NCBI GenBank assembly: GCA_951406725.2
Contig: OX597830.1
Location: forward strand, 15,438,001-15,502,000
DNA: 64,000 nucleotides
Direction: 5' to 3'
Origin: Octopus vulgaris
Lineage: Eukaryota
Part shown: positions 12,826-26,427 of the stretch, piece after piece
Layout: the number at the start of each line of letters is the position of its first letter
Numbering within the stretch: position 1 is the first letter of the stretch
Notes under the pieces: generated by a model
Database searches by the model: none
What the model was told of the DNA's origin: nothing
Seen by the model: only the letters and a program-made list of their open reading frames with translations
Made by a program: the position numbers and the translations under genes

Positions 12826-12953
12826 ATAATAAGGGTTTTTTGCAACAAGTTGCTTAAACCACATACCGAAAATATTAGAAATAGCAGCCAAAGGACTACT
12901 ATTTCCTTTTACTACAAAAATAAGTCTCCACAGCCGTAACTCACATATGGCAC

Positions 12954-12992
<39 letters not shown>

Positions 12993-12999
12993 TATATAT

Positions 13000-13054
<55 letters not shown>

Positions 13055-13251
13055 GATACATATATATACATATATATTTATACACACACATACACACACA
13101 CAAACATATATGTACATATACATATCCATATAGTTTAATACACAGATGCATACACAGACATATACATACACATGTGCATACACATATGTATTACTACACA
13201 CACACAAGCAAACATATACATGCCCGTATACACATACATATATATATATTA

Positions 13252-13347
<96 letters not shown>

Positions 13348-13620
13348 ATACATATGATCTGCAGCTGGTGATCCTGCAAACCAGTACAACCTGTTTCATG
13401 GATGAGCTGTCGGTGACTAAACCGTCAACGCCCTAATGTATGGAGGGTGGGTGACAAACTGACAGAAGAAAAAAAAGTCTTTAAAAACCCACTTGCAGGG
13501 GCGGATGAGCTCAGCAAGGAATCAACAGTTTTCCAAATCTACAAATGGAGTGGGGGCCCGTTTATAGTTTTTTGAATCTAGCATCGCCGACATTTTTGGA
13601 AGCCCCCTGAACGTACTCAC

Positions 13621-13664
13621 CTCGCTTTTTCTCTGACCCGATAAGACCCGAACGAGAGAAGCCG
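13621..13664 (-). other. Candidate 44-nt exon of an unidentified minus-strand transcript
   Basis: Acceptor atttatttcag| and donor GAG|GTGAGT in non-repetitive sequence; open in all three frames; no homology recognised. Confidence 0.3.
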
Positions 13665-13781
13665 CTGAAATAAATGTGACGATCTTTCAGCGAGGTTTAA
13701 AACAAGTCCTTGCTAATTTTTTGATTTATTTGTTATTCTTGAATTGTATTTTTCCACATTGCTAGAAACGACAGACGCGTG

Positions 13782-13819
<38 letters not shown>

Positions 13820-14180
13820 TGGAGCGACCTGAAATGAAGTGTTTTGCTCCTGGTCCAGGAATAGAAAGGACGATCTTGTGATTGGGAGTGCCACTAAACT
13901 ACGCACCTTCACCAGTTACAACAATAACAACAATAGATGAAACTAAAATATAAAAAATATAAATATAAATATAAAAATATAAAAACCAATGTGGGTTAAA
14001 CGTGTTGTGGAAGCATTGTTACACAGTTGTTCTTGAATTGAAGTTCTTTCTGTGGAATTCGTATTTTTGAGGAGGGAAAACGTTGCTCATGTTACAATAA
14101 GTGAAATCGACATGGGTGACCAGTAGGAATAGAGATACGGTAATTAGATGTTTCATTCAGCTAAAGTCTGTGTCGTACCT

Positions 14181-14565
14181 AGAAGCACTCCGTCGGTTAC
14201 GACGACGATGGTTCCGGTTGATCCGAATCAACGGAACAGCCTGCTCGTGAAATTAACGTGTAAGTGGCTGAGCACTCCACAGACACGTGTACCCTTAACG
14301 TAGTTCTCGGGAGAGATTCAGCGTGACACAGAGAGTGACAAGGTCGGCCCTTTGAAATACAGGTACAACAGAAACAGGAAGTAAGAGTGAGAGAAAGTTG
14401 TGGTGAAAGAGTACAGCAGGGATCACCACCATCCCCTGCCGGGGCCTCGTGGAGCTTTTTTGGCGTTTTCGCTCAATAAACACTCACAACGCCCGGTCTG
14501 GGAATCGAAACCGCGATCCTATGACCGCGAGTCCGCTGCCCTAACCACTGGGCCATTGCGCCTCC
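14181..14565 (-). mobile_element. SINE family C, full length, tail type 1 (shared with family D)
   Basis: tRNA-like head at 14495-14565; TSD tgtgtcgtac at 14169-14178 and 14568-14577. Confidence 0.9.
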
Positions 14566-14884
14566 TGTGTGTCGTACTAAAGCCATCTGAACGAGAGTAG
14601 AAAAGATCATATCCAGTCTGGGGTAGATTTATGCTGAGTTTGTTGGGGTAGAAAAAGAAAAAGAAACTTCTGCTTACATAGCCAGTTCCCTCAAAAGGTA
14701 TTGTTTTATTATTGCTTCAATAAACCGGTACAAAAATGTGACCAAACAAAATCCCTCTGGGTGCATACGGGTTGTTATAATGCGTGCTATCATCACGGTC
14801 TCCGTCTACGTATAAATTCGTTTGTTATTACCTGATAATCTTTTATAAAACCGAACAAGTACTGTATTTCATTCGAACCAACGA

Positions 14885-15110
14885 GAGATCACCTTCGTGG
14901 TCGATCGACCTGGTAAAAACGGCAACTAAATCTCCCTCAAATTACATCCTACCGTCTTAAAATTGAGAGATACATAGGATAATGTGGTCAAAGATATGCA
15001 ATGACTAAGAGAAAATTGGGATAGTCATTGTTGGAACGCTTTGATCGTGGATCTGTTTAGATATGGCTGAGCCGGAGGATAAAAAACAACAACAACAACA
15101 ACAACAACAT
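14885..15110 (+). mobile_element. Old SINE-like repeat (family E) ending in (CAA)n
   Basis: gatcgacctg..aaatctccctcaaat...ggataatgt...(aac)n; related pieces at ~35010-35200, 49040-49530 and 60485-60720. Confidence 0.55.
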
Positions 15111-15914
15111 TAGTATGTTATTTGTTTTTATTCCACAGCAAAATGTTGCTAAACAATCAGTCAATCCTTTCTTTGGTTCCATTGTATAAAACATTCTGCG
15201 GTATAAACAAACTATACTTGCCATGGGATCGTTACTGGCATAACATAAAAACAAACAAAAAATACAAACAAAAAAAAACAAAAGCACTTTTGATTTCTAT
15301 TCTTATAGATTACGGCATTGACCTCTGTACTGTAAAGCAGACATAATTTCATGTCTGGCTGAATAATAGCACCAAATCCTTCCTATTTCCAACTGAACCA
15401 ATTCAATTAATCTAGTGGTTTAGAGAAGGAAGCAATTTCTAGCCTTGTATCTATACGTTTATTCTGTCAGTACTATATATTGGAGTTGAAGGATGGTCAC
15501 GTGATTGAAGACAATAGACTGCAGCTCATCTTACTGGTGACAGACACCGCGCAGGGAGCGGGCATTGAATTAGAAACATTTTATTGTATTCACGGACATG
15601 TTCATACAGATGAGGGCGCTCGACTGTTTTGAACATCTTTTCACAGAAACATATAAAAGATATACTTCAGATATTGTTCTATACAGGCTAATAATACAAC
15701 CTTCTGTTTAGACGTGCTCTATCTTCAGGATTTTCTCATTAGCTTACCTGCTTCACACCCTCGGGCGAGGTATTTAAGCGAGCCACTCGTTGAAAATAAA
15801 CGATATTAAACACAAGTAAAATGGTGGATAGATTTCAGACTTCTCGCCTGTTCACGTTTCTCTGTTTACTACTGAACACTCGTGAGTCGTCTGCACTGTG
15901 AGGAGGTATTATAT

Positions 15915-15956
<42 letters not shown>

Positions 15957-16009
15957 CGTCTGTGTATATATCTGTTAGTGTGTGTGTGCGTACAAGTGCA
16001 TGTGCAATA

Positions 16010-16685
16010 TACGTGTATGTATGCATGTATGTATTCATCCATGCATGTATGTATGTATGTATGTATGTATGTATGTATGTATGTATGTATGTATGTATGT
16101 ATGAATGCATGTATGTATGTATGTATGTATGTATGTATGAATGCATGTATGTATGTATGTATGTATGTATGTATGTATGAATGTATGAATGTATGAATGT
16201 ATGTATGTATGTATATATGTATACAGGTATGTATGCATCCATGCATGTATGTATGTATGTATGTATGTATGTATGTATGTATGTATGTATGTATGTATGT
16301 ATGTGTGTATATATATATGTATGTATGAATGCATGCATGTATGAATGTATGTATGCATGTATGTATGCATGTATGTATGCATGTATGAATGTATGCATGA
16401 ATGAATGCATGTATGTATGTATGTATGTATGTGTGAATGTATGTATGTATGTATGCATGTATGTATGCAGGTATGTATACATCCATGCATATATGTATGA
16501 ATGTATGTATGTATGTATGTATGTATGAATGTATGTATGAATGCATCAATGTATGTATGTATGTATGTATGTATGTATGTATGTATGTATGAATGTATGT
16601 ATGAATGTATCAATGTATGTATGTATGTATGTATGTATGTATGTATGTATGTATGTATGTACGTACGTACGTACGTACGTATGTA
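16010..16685. repeat. (TATG)n microsatellite with TGAA/TGCA variants
   Basis: Direct inspection. Confidence 0.97.
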
Positions 16686-16904
16686 ATCAGTGGCATATCC
16701 TGCATTAATTCATAGAACGCAGTGCACGCCTGAATTATATAAATAAATGGAAATAAGAAAATACCTTGTTTTCTTATTTAATATAAATGTTTCATTTTCA
16801 TGAGAGACAATTGGAAAGAAGATAGAGACATGTCACGTGTTCATTGCTACAATTACAGCTTTAAAACACGGCATGCCCTGGCTTAAATACCAGTAATTAC
16901 CACT

Positions 16905-16939
<35 letters not shown>

Positions 16940-17009
16940 CGAGAGACTGAGACAGAGATAGATTATAAATATGTAATTAGATATATGGACACCCACACTC
17001 ACATACGCA

Positions 17010-17058
17010 CATAGATAGATAGACAGACAGATAGGAAGTTTGCTAGATAGATAGATGA

Positions 17059-17127
<69 letters not shown>

Positions 17128-17152
17128 CAGATATATATATATATATATATAT

Positions 17153-17240
<88 letters not shown>
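17010..17240. repeat. (AGAT)n microsatellite
   Basis: Direct inspection. Confidence 0.95.
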
Positions 17241-18202
17241 TATTTTGGCAGTAAATGATAAGTAGATTACAAGCTATAATTTTATAAAGGTAAAAATAGT
17301 TGAAGTTATGTGAGAAAAAATTACTAATTATATAATAAAATATAAAACATATGAAGAAAAGAATGAACAATAGTATTATTCAAATATAAGAAATGTTTAT
17401 TTGAGCGCTAAACCTAATCTGTCGTCCAGTTTAACAACCACCACCTCGCTTCTTGTTGCCCTTAGCGAAGTCCGCACTATTAACTATTATTCCGGCCAGG
17501 TCTTTGGTTCTGGATTGATCCCAACATTTTGATGTTCAGCTTTCTGATACAGCGCCCATCAGTTGAATTTATTCCACCCTGTCCCCCCTCACAGGAACCC
17601 ATCTCAGTGACCCTGAGAAAGTTTATTGATGCTACCCTTCTTCTTTGACAAAGCAGTAAACAAAAATAACGATACAATTACACCTAAAAACACGCAGAAA
17701 TTATAAAAATTCAACTCTCGTTTATTACATGAGGTGTCAAAAAGTTTTCATCGCATCTCTAAGATCTAGACAATTGCACAACATTTGAGAAGAAAATGAA
17801 TACGAAGTGATGTTAACAGTTTTTATTTGTGTGTGTGTGTTTTAATACGGAGTGAACTTAACAGTTTTTGTGGATTTAGATGTAGATGCTTCTATTCCAA
17901 ACACATGATCTAGGATCGAATTCCTTCTTAGTCAATTACAGCTACAAAAATAACATAAGTATAAATATAAGGTACAGAGAAAAGCAGATTTAATACTAGA
18001 GAACGGGTCTAAATTAAGCTTTGCACTAGGAGCTGCTTTTGGTATGATAGCAATAACTATGATACGTGAATATCTTTCCTTAATGCTTGGATTGAACATT
18101 CTGTCCCTTTCCTGGTCAGTGAAACGTGGTCTATGATAAAACAATTCCAAGGGTGTAAACAACCTAAAGGTCATATTTACGAAACATTTCAACGTATAGC
18201 AA

Positions 18203-18456
18203 AGGCGCAGGAGTGGCTGTGTGGTAAGTAGCTTGTTTACCAACCACATGGTTCCGGGTTCAGTCTCACTGCGCGGCACCTTGGGCAAGTGTCTTTTACT
18301 ATAGCCTCGGGCCGACCAAAGCCTTGTGAGTGGATTTGGTAGACGGAAACTGAAAGAAGCCCGTCGTATATATGTATATATATGTATGCGTGTGTGTGTT
18401 TGTGTGTCTGTGTTTGTCCCCCCAACATCGCTTGACAACCGATGCTGGTGTGTTTA
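18203..18456 (+). mobile_element. SINE family A, 3'-truncated
   Basis: aggcgcaggagtggctgtgtggtaag head; similarity stops after gctggtgtgttta. Confidence 0.88.
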
Positions 18457-18523
18457 TTGCACATGTAATTGCACACGTGCTATTGACGACTTGTTTTCCT
18501 TCTTTGGAATTTTCCCTTTTTCC

Positions 18524-18558
18524 TTTCGCGACGAAGAGCTATGCTCGAAACATCAAAC
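18524..18558 (+). ncRNA. Degenerate minimal hammerhead motif in a pLTR-like fragment
   Basis: uuu-cgcGACGA-A-GAGC(UAU)GCUC-GAAAC-AUC-AAA; same stem II as 7575-7610, 5' core mutated. Confidence 0.45.
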
Positions 18559-18696
18559 TCTCTCTTTTTACTGAGTGTCAAGCAAATACATTTCTTGTGC
18601 ATGTCTTTTTGTTGTCTCTGGAGTTTATTATCATTCGTTCCTTTGAACTGATTGTTTATTTGAATTGACTGTGTGTGTGTGTGTGTGTGTGTGTGT

Positions 18697-19095
18697 GGAG
18701 GCGCGATGGCCCAGTGGCAGAAACGTTAGCACGCCGGGCGAAATGCTTAGCAGTATTTCGTCTGTCGCTACGTTCTGAGTTCAAATTCCGCCGAGGTCGA
18801 CTTTGCCTTTCATCCTTTCGGGGTCGATTAAATAAGTACCAGTTACGCACTGGGGTCGATGTAATCGACTTAATCCGTTTGTTTGTCCTTGTTTGTCCCC
18901 TCTGTGTTTAGCCCCTTGTGGGTTGTAAAGAAATAGATATTTCTCCTGAAGCTACGTTCCAAGTTCAGATTCCGCTGAGGTTGATTTTACTTTTCGGGGG
19001 TCGATAAATTAAGTATCAGTGAAACACTGGAGTCAATTTTATCGACTTAAACCCTTCCCCCAAAATTTCAGGCCTTATGCCTTTATCAGAAAAAC
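18697..19095 (+). mobile_element. Chimeric SINE: family C A-box head fused to a family B unit, followed by an older B monomer
   Basis: ggaggcgcgatggcccagtgg|cagaaacgttagcacgccggg. Confidence 0.75.
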
Positions 19096-19836
19096 AAAAT
19101 TATTATTTCCTTTCTTGGCAGAATTGTTTTTAGCATGCCGGGCAAAATGCTTTGAGGCATTTCGTCCGACTTTGCGTTCTGAATTCAAATTCCGCCGAAG
19201 CCGACTTTACCTCTCAACTTTCGGGGTTGATAAAATAAGTACTGGTTGAGCACGGGGGTCGATCTATTGACTATTCTCCTTCCCCGAAATTGCTAGCGTT
19301 GTTCTAAAATTTGAAACCAGTTTTACTTGGCGCCCAGAAGACGGGCTGATGTAACGGAAATAATAGCGTATAGGCTCTCGAGAACAGTTGTGACAAATGT
19401 CCTTGATACTGAGGTATGCTCTGTTGTTGTTGTTGTTTTCTCTTAAATCACGTCACACTCGATGAAACAAACGTGTGAGTCTGGGTCTTTGGTGTTGCTT
19501 GCGAAATGCATTCATTTCTAATAATCCTTTCTACTATTGGCCCAAGGCCGGAAATCTTATGGGGTGAGGGTGGGGGCTAAACGATGATATTGGCCCCAGT
19601 TATCAACTTGCACTTAGTTTATCGACACCAAAGGATGAAAGGTAAACTCAACGGAGTTTGAACTCAGAGCTTAAAGACGGAGAAAATGTCTTTGGACATT
19701 CTTGTCCGGTGTGCTAACGATTCTGCTGGGTCGCCGCCTTTACATTACTAACGATCATACAACAATGTCTCCGTTTACGAGGGTCAGTTGCAATGTTTTT
19801 ATTCATAGACTAACAAGGTGACTATTTTCAGTTTTC

Positions 19837-20261
19837 GGATCTTTTCGGTTTGAACGGCAGTTTTTTCTAACGATGTCATATGAAATTGTCACCCATAATT
19901 ATGACCCTAGTATCGATCTATTGCATTTAGGGTTAGTGTTAGTTAGGGTTAGGGTTAGGGGTGGGGAGAAGGGTATCTTTTTTTCTTCAGAAATGTAAAT
20001 AAACCCAATCTGTTTCTTAAACGAGGGACATATTCATACGGCACAGAATGTTTTTTTTTCCTCAATAGACGTCAGTGATTGGTTGAAATTGCAGAAATTG
20101 AAGAAAAAAAACAACAAATATCTTTCAAACTATAGAATTTTCTCAATAAAGCCGAGAGGAAAAGATGTTTTATAGACACATTCTACCAATATACGAAGTT
20201 TAAAATTTTTTAGTTACCTAGAAATTAATGTTGAAAACTGCCGTTCAAACCGAAAAGACCT
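19837..20261. mobile_element. MITE with ~29-bp TIRs and internal (TTAGGG)n
   Basis: ggatcttttcggtttgaacggcagttt / aaactgccgttcaaaccgaaaagacc; imperfect tcagttt(t)c TSD; second copy at 55764-56176. Confidence 0.88.
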
Positions 20262-20829
20262 TCAGTTTCTTCCTATTTGCCTTTGTGAGCTGTTAGACAA
20301 ACACACACACATACACACACAGATGCACACACACACACAGATACACACACACACACACATACATACACATATCCTTTTACTTGTCAGTCTGTTTTTTGAC
20401 ACTGTGTGGGAGTCGAACTGAAACAAGTGATTGCGTCATTGCCTTTATCGTATCACAAAGTGACGGCGTGCAAAGAGGAAGGCTGTGGAATAATATTGTA
20501 TTTGTTCTCGCTTTCTTCTTAGAAACAAAATATACGTATACGTGTGTGTGTAGAGAGAGAAAAAAACTGACAATTATCATTAGCACTAATTACGTTAGGT
20601 TTGACAGATATTTGCGTTAGATTTCACGTTGAATTTGTTTCTCTATGGAAAAAGACATAAGCATTTCATTAATCGAATAGAACCTAAAATGGTAATTCTT
20701 TGATGGAAGTGGGTAAAGATGACGGCTATGTGTAATCATGTCGTTAGAACAACGGGTAGAACCTCTCGCTGAATTTGCTGCTGTTCTCTACGCTCTGAGT
20801 TCAAATCCCATCAAACTTAACATTACTTT

Positions 20830-20910
20830 TCCTTTTGGGATTTGGTTTGCAAGATTCTTTATGTGAGTTCGTGTGTTGAAGCATATTCTGTTGTGTCTGG
20901 GGAGAGTCAT
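20830..20910 (-). pseudogene. Conserved terminal peptide MTLPRHNRICFNTRTHIKNLANQIPKG (putative Penelope-like ORF N-terminus)
   Basis: Manual translation; aligns without gaps to 34511-34591 and 42549-42629. Confidence 0.6.
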
Positions 20911-20981
20911 TTTCTTTTGTGTGCCTTATAATGCAACACACTCACCGGTAAAGTTTCCACTTATTTCTTATATTTATTTTC

Positions 20982-21018
20982 CTAAAATTTTCGTTGCGTC
21001 TTGCAACCTTTTCATTAG
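20982..21018 (-). ncRNA. Hammerhead motif variant (inverted partner of 21060-21096)
   Basis: CUA-AUGAAAA-G-GUUGC(AAGAC)GCAAC-GAAAA-UUU-UAG; perfect stems, position 3 mutated. Confidence 0.55.
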
Positions 21019-21059
21019 TCCTTGACCTTTTCAATAGTCTTGACTCTCGAGAGTCAAGA

Positions 21060-21096
21060 TTATTGAAAAGGTTGCAAGGCACAACGAAAATTTTAG
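21060..21096 (+). ncRNA. Minimal hammerhead motif with U3-A8 compensatory core
   Basis: UUA-UUGAAAA-G-GUUGC(AAGGC)ACAAC-GAAAA-UUU-UAG. Confidence 0.6.
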
Positions 21097-21999
21097 GAAA
21101 ATAAAAATAAGAAATAAGTGGATATTTTACCGGTGAGTGTGTTACATTATAAGGCACAAAAAGAAAATGACTCTCCCCACACACAACTGAATTAACATTA
21201 CTTTTCATCTTTATAAGGTCATTAAAAAAATACCAATCAAGTCCTGGGATCGATTTTCTTCTCTCCCTCTCTCTCTCTCTCTCTCCTCTTTTTTTCCGGC
21301 TTTGCATTTTCTATTTTATTTGGTGGTTGAACTACAGCACGGGAACCGCTACTTCAGTTTGGTAGTTGCCGTCAAGAGCAATGAGTGTTTTGATTTAGCT
21401 AGAGACGGCGATAAAAAAAACAAACGGATATTTTTCAGTCACATATATACATATCGTCACATAAAAACTTCAATCTGAAAAGATGTGATGAGGATGTTGG
21501 AGTAACAGAATCGTTAGAATACGTAATAAAATACCTTGTAGTATTTAGTTACGCCCCTTTACATTCTCAATTCGAAACTCTCCAATGTTGATTTTGCCTC
21601 GGGTTCTATAAAACAAAGTAACTGTTAGGTATCAAATCCACATTCTTTCTCCAAAGTCTGTGGCCCTTGTGTCAGTATTAGAAGCTATGATAACGTTAAG
21701 TCTTAGACACAAAGGGATATTTTGTCATGAAATATGAGGTAACGTACCAGACGTCTATTAGAGTGGCGGTAAAAGCATTGTGGTATTTGTACTGACTCTC
21801 TATATTCTGAGTTCAAATCCCGCTGAGGTCGACTTTACCTTTTCTTCTTTCGTGGCCGGTAAAAAAAAGTACCTGTCATCTACGGGGTCCGACGGTAAGG
21901 GCTAATGTCTTGTTTGCCTTGGGCTTAAATCAGAAATCAAAAGGCAAAAAGGCAGAAAATTGGTAAAATTGTAAGAGCTTCAGAAAGAATATATTGCGG

Positions 22000-22529
<530 letters not shown>

Positions 22530-22756
22530 AGCAGCACGGCAATTTCCCGCCAAGTCTCCGCTTGCTAAAATTCCAATTACAAGACATTGGTCAACTCAAA
22601 ATTATGGCAAAGGACTCGTTCCCAAATTACCGCGCAGTGGCATCAAAGCCAAAAACCTCGTGGTCGTTAAGAGAACTCTTTAACCACGCAGCCATCATGC
22701 ATCTGCGTTAAATGCATATTATGTACTTTTCAGAAGTTTTAGTGAGTATTGAGCGA

Positions 22757-23078
22757 AGATGCGTACTTTAGTTGTTAGTGTAATCGGCTCATGATCGTAA
22801 GGTCGTGAGTTCGATTCCCAGTTGGTGTATTATTCCCTTCAGCAAGGCACTCTATTCCAAGCTCCTCCCGTTCACTCAGCTGGCAAAAATGAGTCGTACA
22901 TGTAATCCAAAGGGCCAGCCTTGTCGCATTCTGTTTCAGGCTGAACCTTGCTGAGAATTACGCCAAAGGTACGCGTGTCTGTGGAATACTCAGCCACTTA
23001 CATGTTAATTTCACGAGCAGGCTGTTCCGTTGATTGGATCAAGTGAAATCATCGTCATCGCAACCGACGGAATACCAT
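22757..23078 (+). mobile_element. SINE family D, diverged
   Basis: Colinear with 42865-43191. Confidence 0.8.
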
Positions 23079-23154
23079 TTATTTATTTATTTATTTATTT
23101 ATATATTTATTCATTTATTTATTTATTTTAGTGTGTGTAGAAGAAACTTGTGTA

Positions 23155-23340
23155 CGCGCAATGGCCCAGTGGTTAGGGCAGCGGACTCGCGGTCGGAGGA
23201 TAGCGGTTTCGATTCCCAGACCGGGCATTGTGAGTGTTTATTGAGCAAAAACACCTAAAGCTCCACGAGGCTCCGGCAGAGGGTGTTGGTGAACCCTGCT
23301 GTACTCTTTCACCACAACCTTCTCTCACTCAACTTCTTCT
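23155..23340 (+). mobile_element. SINE family C, head and body without tail
   Basis: gcgcaatggcccagtggttagggcagcggactcgcgg... Confidence 0.88.
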
Positions 23341-24444
23341 GTCACTGTCAATGCGACGATCACACGCTACACCCCTTCCTTCCAAGCACTGCTGTAAACA
23401 GTGGAAGTGAGCTAGAATGTTAAAACTTAATGCACTTGCACAGTAGAGTTCAAAGTCAACCTGGGCCAAGCGGCTTTACTCTATGTGCTTTAGCTTCGTT
23501 ACCATAGCAACAGTCCGGATACTTATTGATCAAACCACGTGTGTACACGAATCCTACCGAGATCAGCTTTGCTTTTCGTCCATGATGAGTCGATAGATAG
23601 AGTACCCCTCAATGCCTGGGGCACTTAAGTTATATATTTTGTTATCGATAGTCATTTTTGAAATTTTGATTTTATAATGATTCGTTATATACTTGATGTT
23701 GTGTCTTGTGAAACTTGCTTCTCCGGGCCATGCATTCGCACGACTATTAACAGCAGTGGCACAACTAGAGTCCGTACCACGTGGGGCAGCTCTTTAGTTT
23801 AAGGCCCCTATACAAGTTTATACAGTAAATCCCCAAAATGCTAATCTCGTAAAAGCGCCGTCCGGTGCAGTGTATCCGCTCTCTCCTCACCGTAACTGGT
23901 TTAACTGTATTAAATAAAGTCAGTGGTTTTTGAGAATGTTATTCATACATTGTGTGGCTACAACCACGATTTTGAATAGCCAATCCTGAAATATATAGTA
24001 CATTGGTAGTAAAGTGTGCACTTGTTGACATTATTATAGTACTAACAAGTACAATAATAATCTCAAGTATGTAATTCATTCCAAAGCTAACAAATGATCA
24101 TACATTTTTTTCCCCCCATTTTACAAAGTAACTTTAAATTACATGAAATCAATTCAATAAAAACGACACATTCTAAAGTTTTTTAATTTTGAATTTATTA
24201 TACAGTTCAAATATTTATAAATATAAATTTCGTCTTGGCTAACTTACGTCAGCTATTGTTTCAGGTTATTTTACAGTTGTTTTCAAAATATTTGTTAATT
24301 TCTTTACTGCATAGAACTGAATATACCTTTCTTGGGATAAACGCCTAAATTTATTACGAAGAAAACAAAGCTCAACTAATAGTTTTTGCGGCACCTGGAT
24401 GCAGTGAAGGGAATAGGAACGAGGGTTTACAAGTAGAAACTGAA

Positions 24445-24593
24445 GGGGTGTTTGTCTCCCCTTCGTATATGTATATAAGGACACAGGAAAAATGTGTCAA
24501 AGCCATCAGGAGGCGTTCGATGCTTCCTAGGACTATACAGCGGTGGTGTACCCCCTACTGTCACGTTCTTGTTAGATTGACAGTATACAACCA
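24445..24593. repeat. Unclassified interspersed repeat, inverted homolog at 52157-52300
   Basis: aaggacacaggaaa..gtcaaagcc..gatgcttcctagg..ttgacagtatacaacca shared between the two sites. Confidence 0.7.
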
Positions 24594-25569
24594 TTCTATC
24601 GCCCCACCACCGTACATGTCTCTACGAGAGATTTAGAAATTCAATATTTCTTATTTTGAAAAATCTTTTGCTTTAAAAAAAAAGAAGCAAAAACGAGTGG
24701 TGAGGGAGGATGTACAAGGAATCTTCTGTTGCAAAAGGGATTCAGTTTTTTGCTCATAGGCTTCAAGTGTACCATCCACTCATCTTAATTTGTAACGAAT
24801 GCTTGGTGAATGAAAACGTGAAACCTATTAAATTAAAAAGCAATCGTGATACAGCACATGGTCCATATACTTGCAAAAGGTTTTGTTTTTTCGTTTTTTT
24901 GTTGTTTTTTTTAAAGATTTCTGATATCTTCGAACGTATAAAAACAGTTTCTTGAGAAAGCACACACTGGTTTTCAAGAAAAATATTTGAGAGCATCATA
25001 TGAAGCCTCATACTTAGATTACAAAAGCTAAGAAACCACGCATTTACGACTGGCGGAGAGCTTGCATTTGCCAGCGGTAGACAAAACCACATAAATTATT
25101 CAAAGAAAGACCTATACGGATAAAGTAAGAAAACTTCATCTCTCAGGTGACACAGTATGTAAAACAACTGTAGAAATTAGCCATAAAAAAATTGCGCAAC
25201 TTGTTGAAAGAATTATTCTACATTTGCAGTTCAGATGGATGAATCGACCGACATTTGCAAAATTCAGCTTTTCGTAGTGTAGTAGTTGTGACAGGAAAAT
25301 CCGTAGGCGTTCATAATAAAGTTAACTCTTGGACTGATACGCCTCGACATTCAGTCATTGCTTGATTCCTCGAGCGACACGAGTGACTAAAATTTGTTTC
25401 TTCAGAGCTAAGAGCTCTAATATATGATGTGGTTAAAATGATCAGCAATTCTTTTTTAAAGTCACACATCGAATTAACGTCTCTTCGTGAAGCTATGGCA
25501 CCCGAGTTCAGTAAGTTTTACTGCATATAGAAGTGCAATTGCTGTCAGCCGACGAGTAGATTTTTTTCT

Positions 25570-25905
25570 TTAACCCTTTCGTTACCAACCCGGCTGAAAC
25601 CGACTCTGGCTCTTTAGTATGAATGTCTTGTTTTCAGAAGTTTTGAATTAAAATCTTCCGCCAAATCTTATACGCAATTTATGTTCCTAACACTAGCTTA
25701 ATGATAACTAAGTTATTTTACTAAATTCTTTGTTGTATTTAAAATAATTGATGGAATACTTGAAATCTTCCACCAAACCTTAGTCCCAATTTATGCTCCC
25801 AACACTAGCTTAATGATGACTAAGTTATTTTACTAAATTCTTTGTTATATTTAAAATAATTGAAAGAAACACAGAGCATCTCAACAGAAATATGGTAACA
25901 AAAGA
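25570..25905. mobile_element. piggyBac-like MITE nested in the hAT relic, with an internal ~110-bp tandem duplication
   Basis: TTAA+ccctttcgttacca ... tggtaacaaaag; the aaatcttcc...tttaaaataattga block occurs twice. Confidence 0.7.
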
Positions 25906-26349
25906 AAACAAGTATGCTGTTTTCACCAGAAATAGTACCAAATCACACAGAATCTTTACATGATGAGAACTGATTTTTCAAACTTTGCTATCAAACAACA
26001 TTTAGAATATGAACTTTAATTCGATTAAGCAGATCATAATCGAACATTTGGTTTGTATAGAAAAAAGCAAAAAGTAGTTCTACAAATATTATCTATCAAG
26101 CATAGATAATTGTAAATAAGTCTGAGTCGAAATCCCATTCGTTGTATTGCCGAAGCAACTTTCTGTGAAGCATTCAGAAGAATTCACAGAGCTGTCTTTG
26201 ATTCAAGTATCAAACTTAATTTATCAAAAAAAAAAGTTGAATGGTATTTTTTGCTTAATTTTGTTTTTTGCTGGGGCCTTTTTTTTGTGGCTAAATCTGA
26301 AATTAAAATTTCCCGTACTGTGTGATTTAGCAACGGCAGGCCTTCTGTG

Positions 26350-26427
26350 TATATTAGTCGGACTAATGTCCACCTCTTGATTGTTGATTTCACAACGTTT
26401 TGGCTGTTGTACAGTCCGACTAATATA
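26350..26427. mobile_element. 78-bp miniature inverted-repeat element
   Basis: Perfect 15-bp IR tatattagtcggact / agtccgactaatata interrupting the hAT reading frame. Confidence 0.65.

Larger units (their letters stand above)
20832..21191. mobile_element. Fold-back Penelope-like element with two divergent hammerheads, inserted into an old family B SINE
   Basis: 15-bp TSD ttaacattacttttc at 20817-20831 and 21192-21206; inverted arms centred on gactctcgagagtc (~21048). Confidence 0.8.

Noticed and set aside
14495-14565. tRNA genes at SINE heads
   Set aside because: A and B boxes are present, but the acceptor stems do not close and each runs into a SINE body.
15690-15735. Minus-strand CUGAAGA-UAGA(GCACG)UCUA-AAC
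   Set aside because: Lacks G12 and stem I; likely chance.
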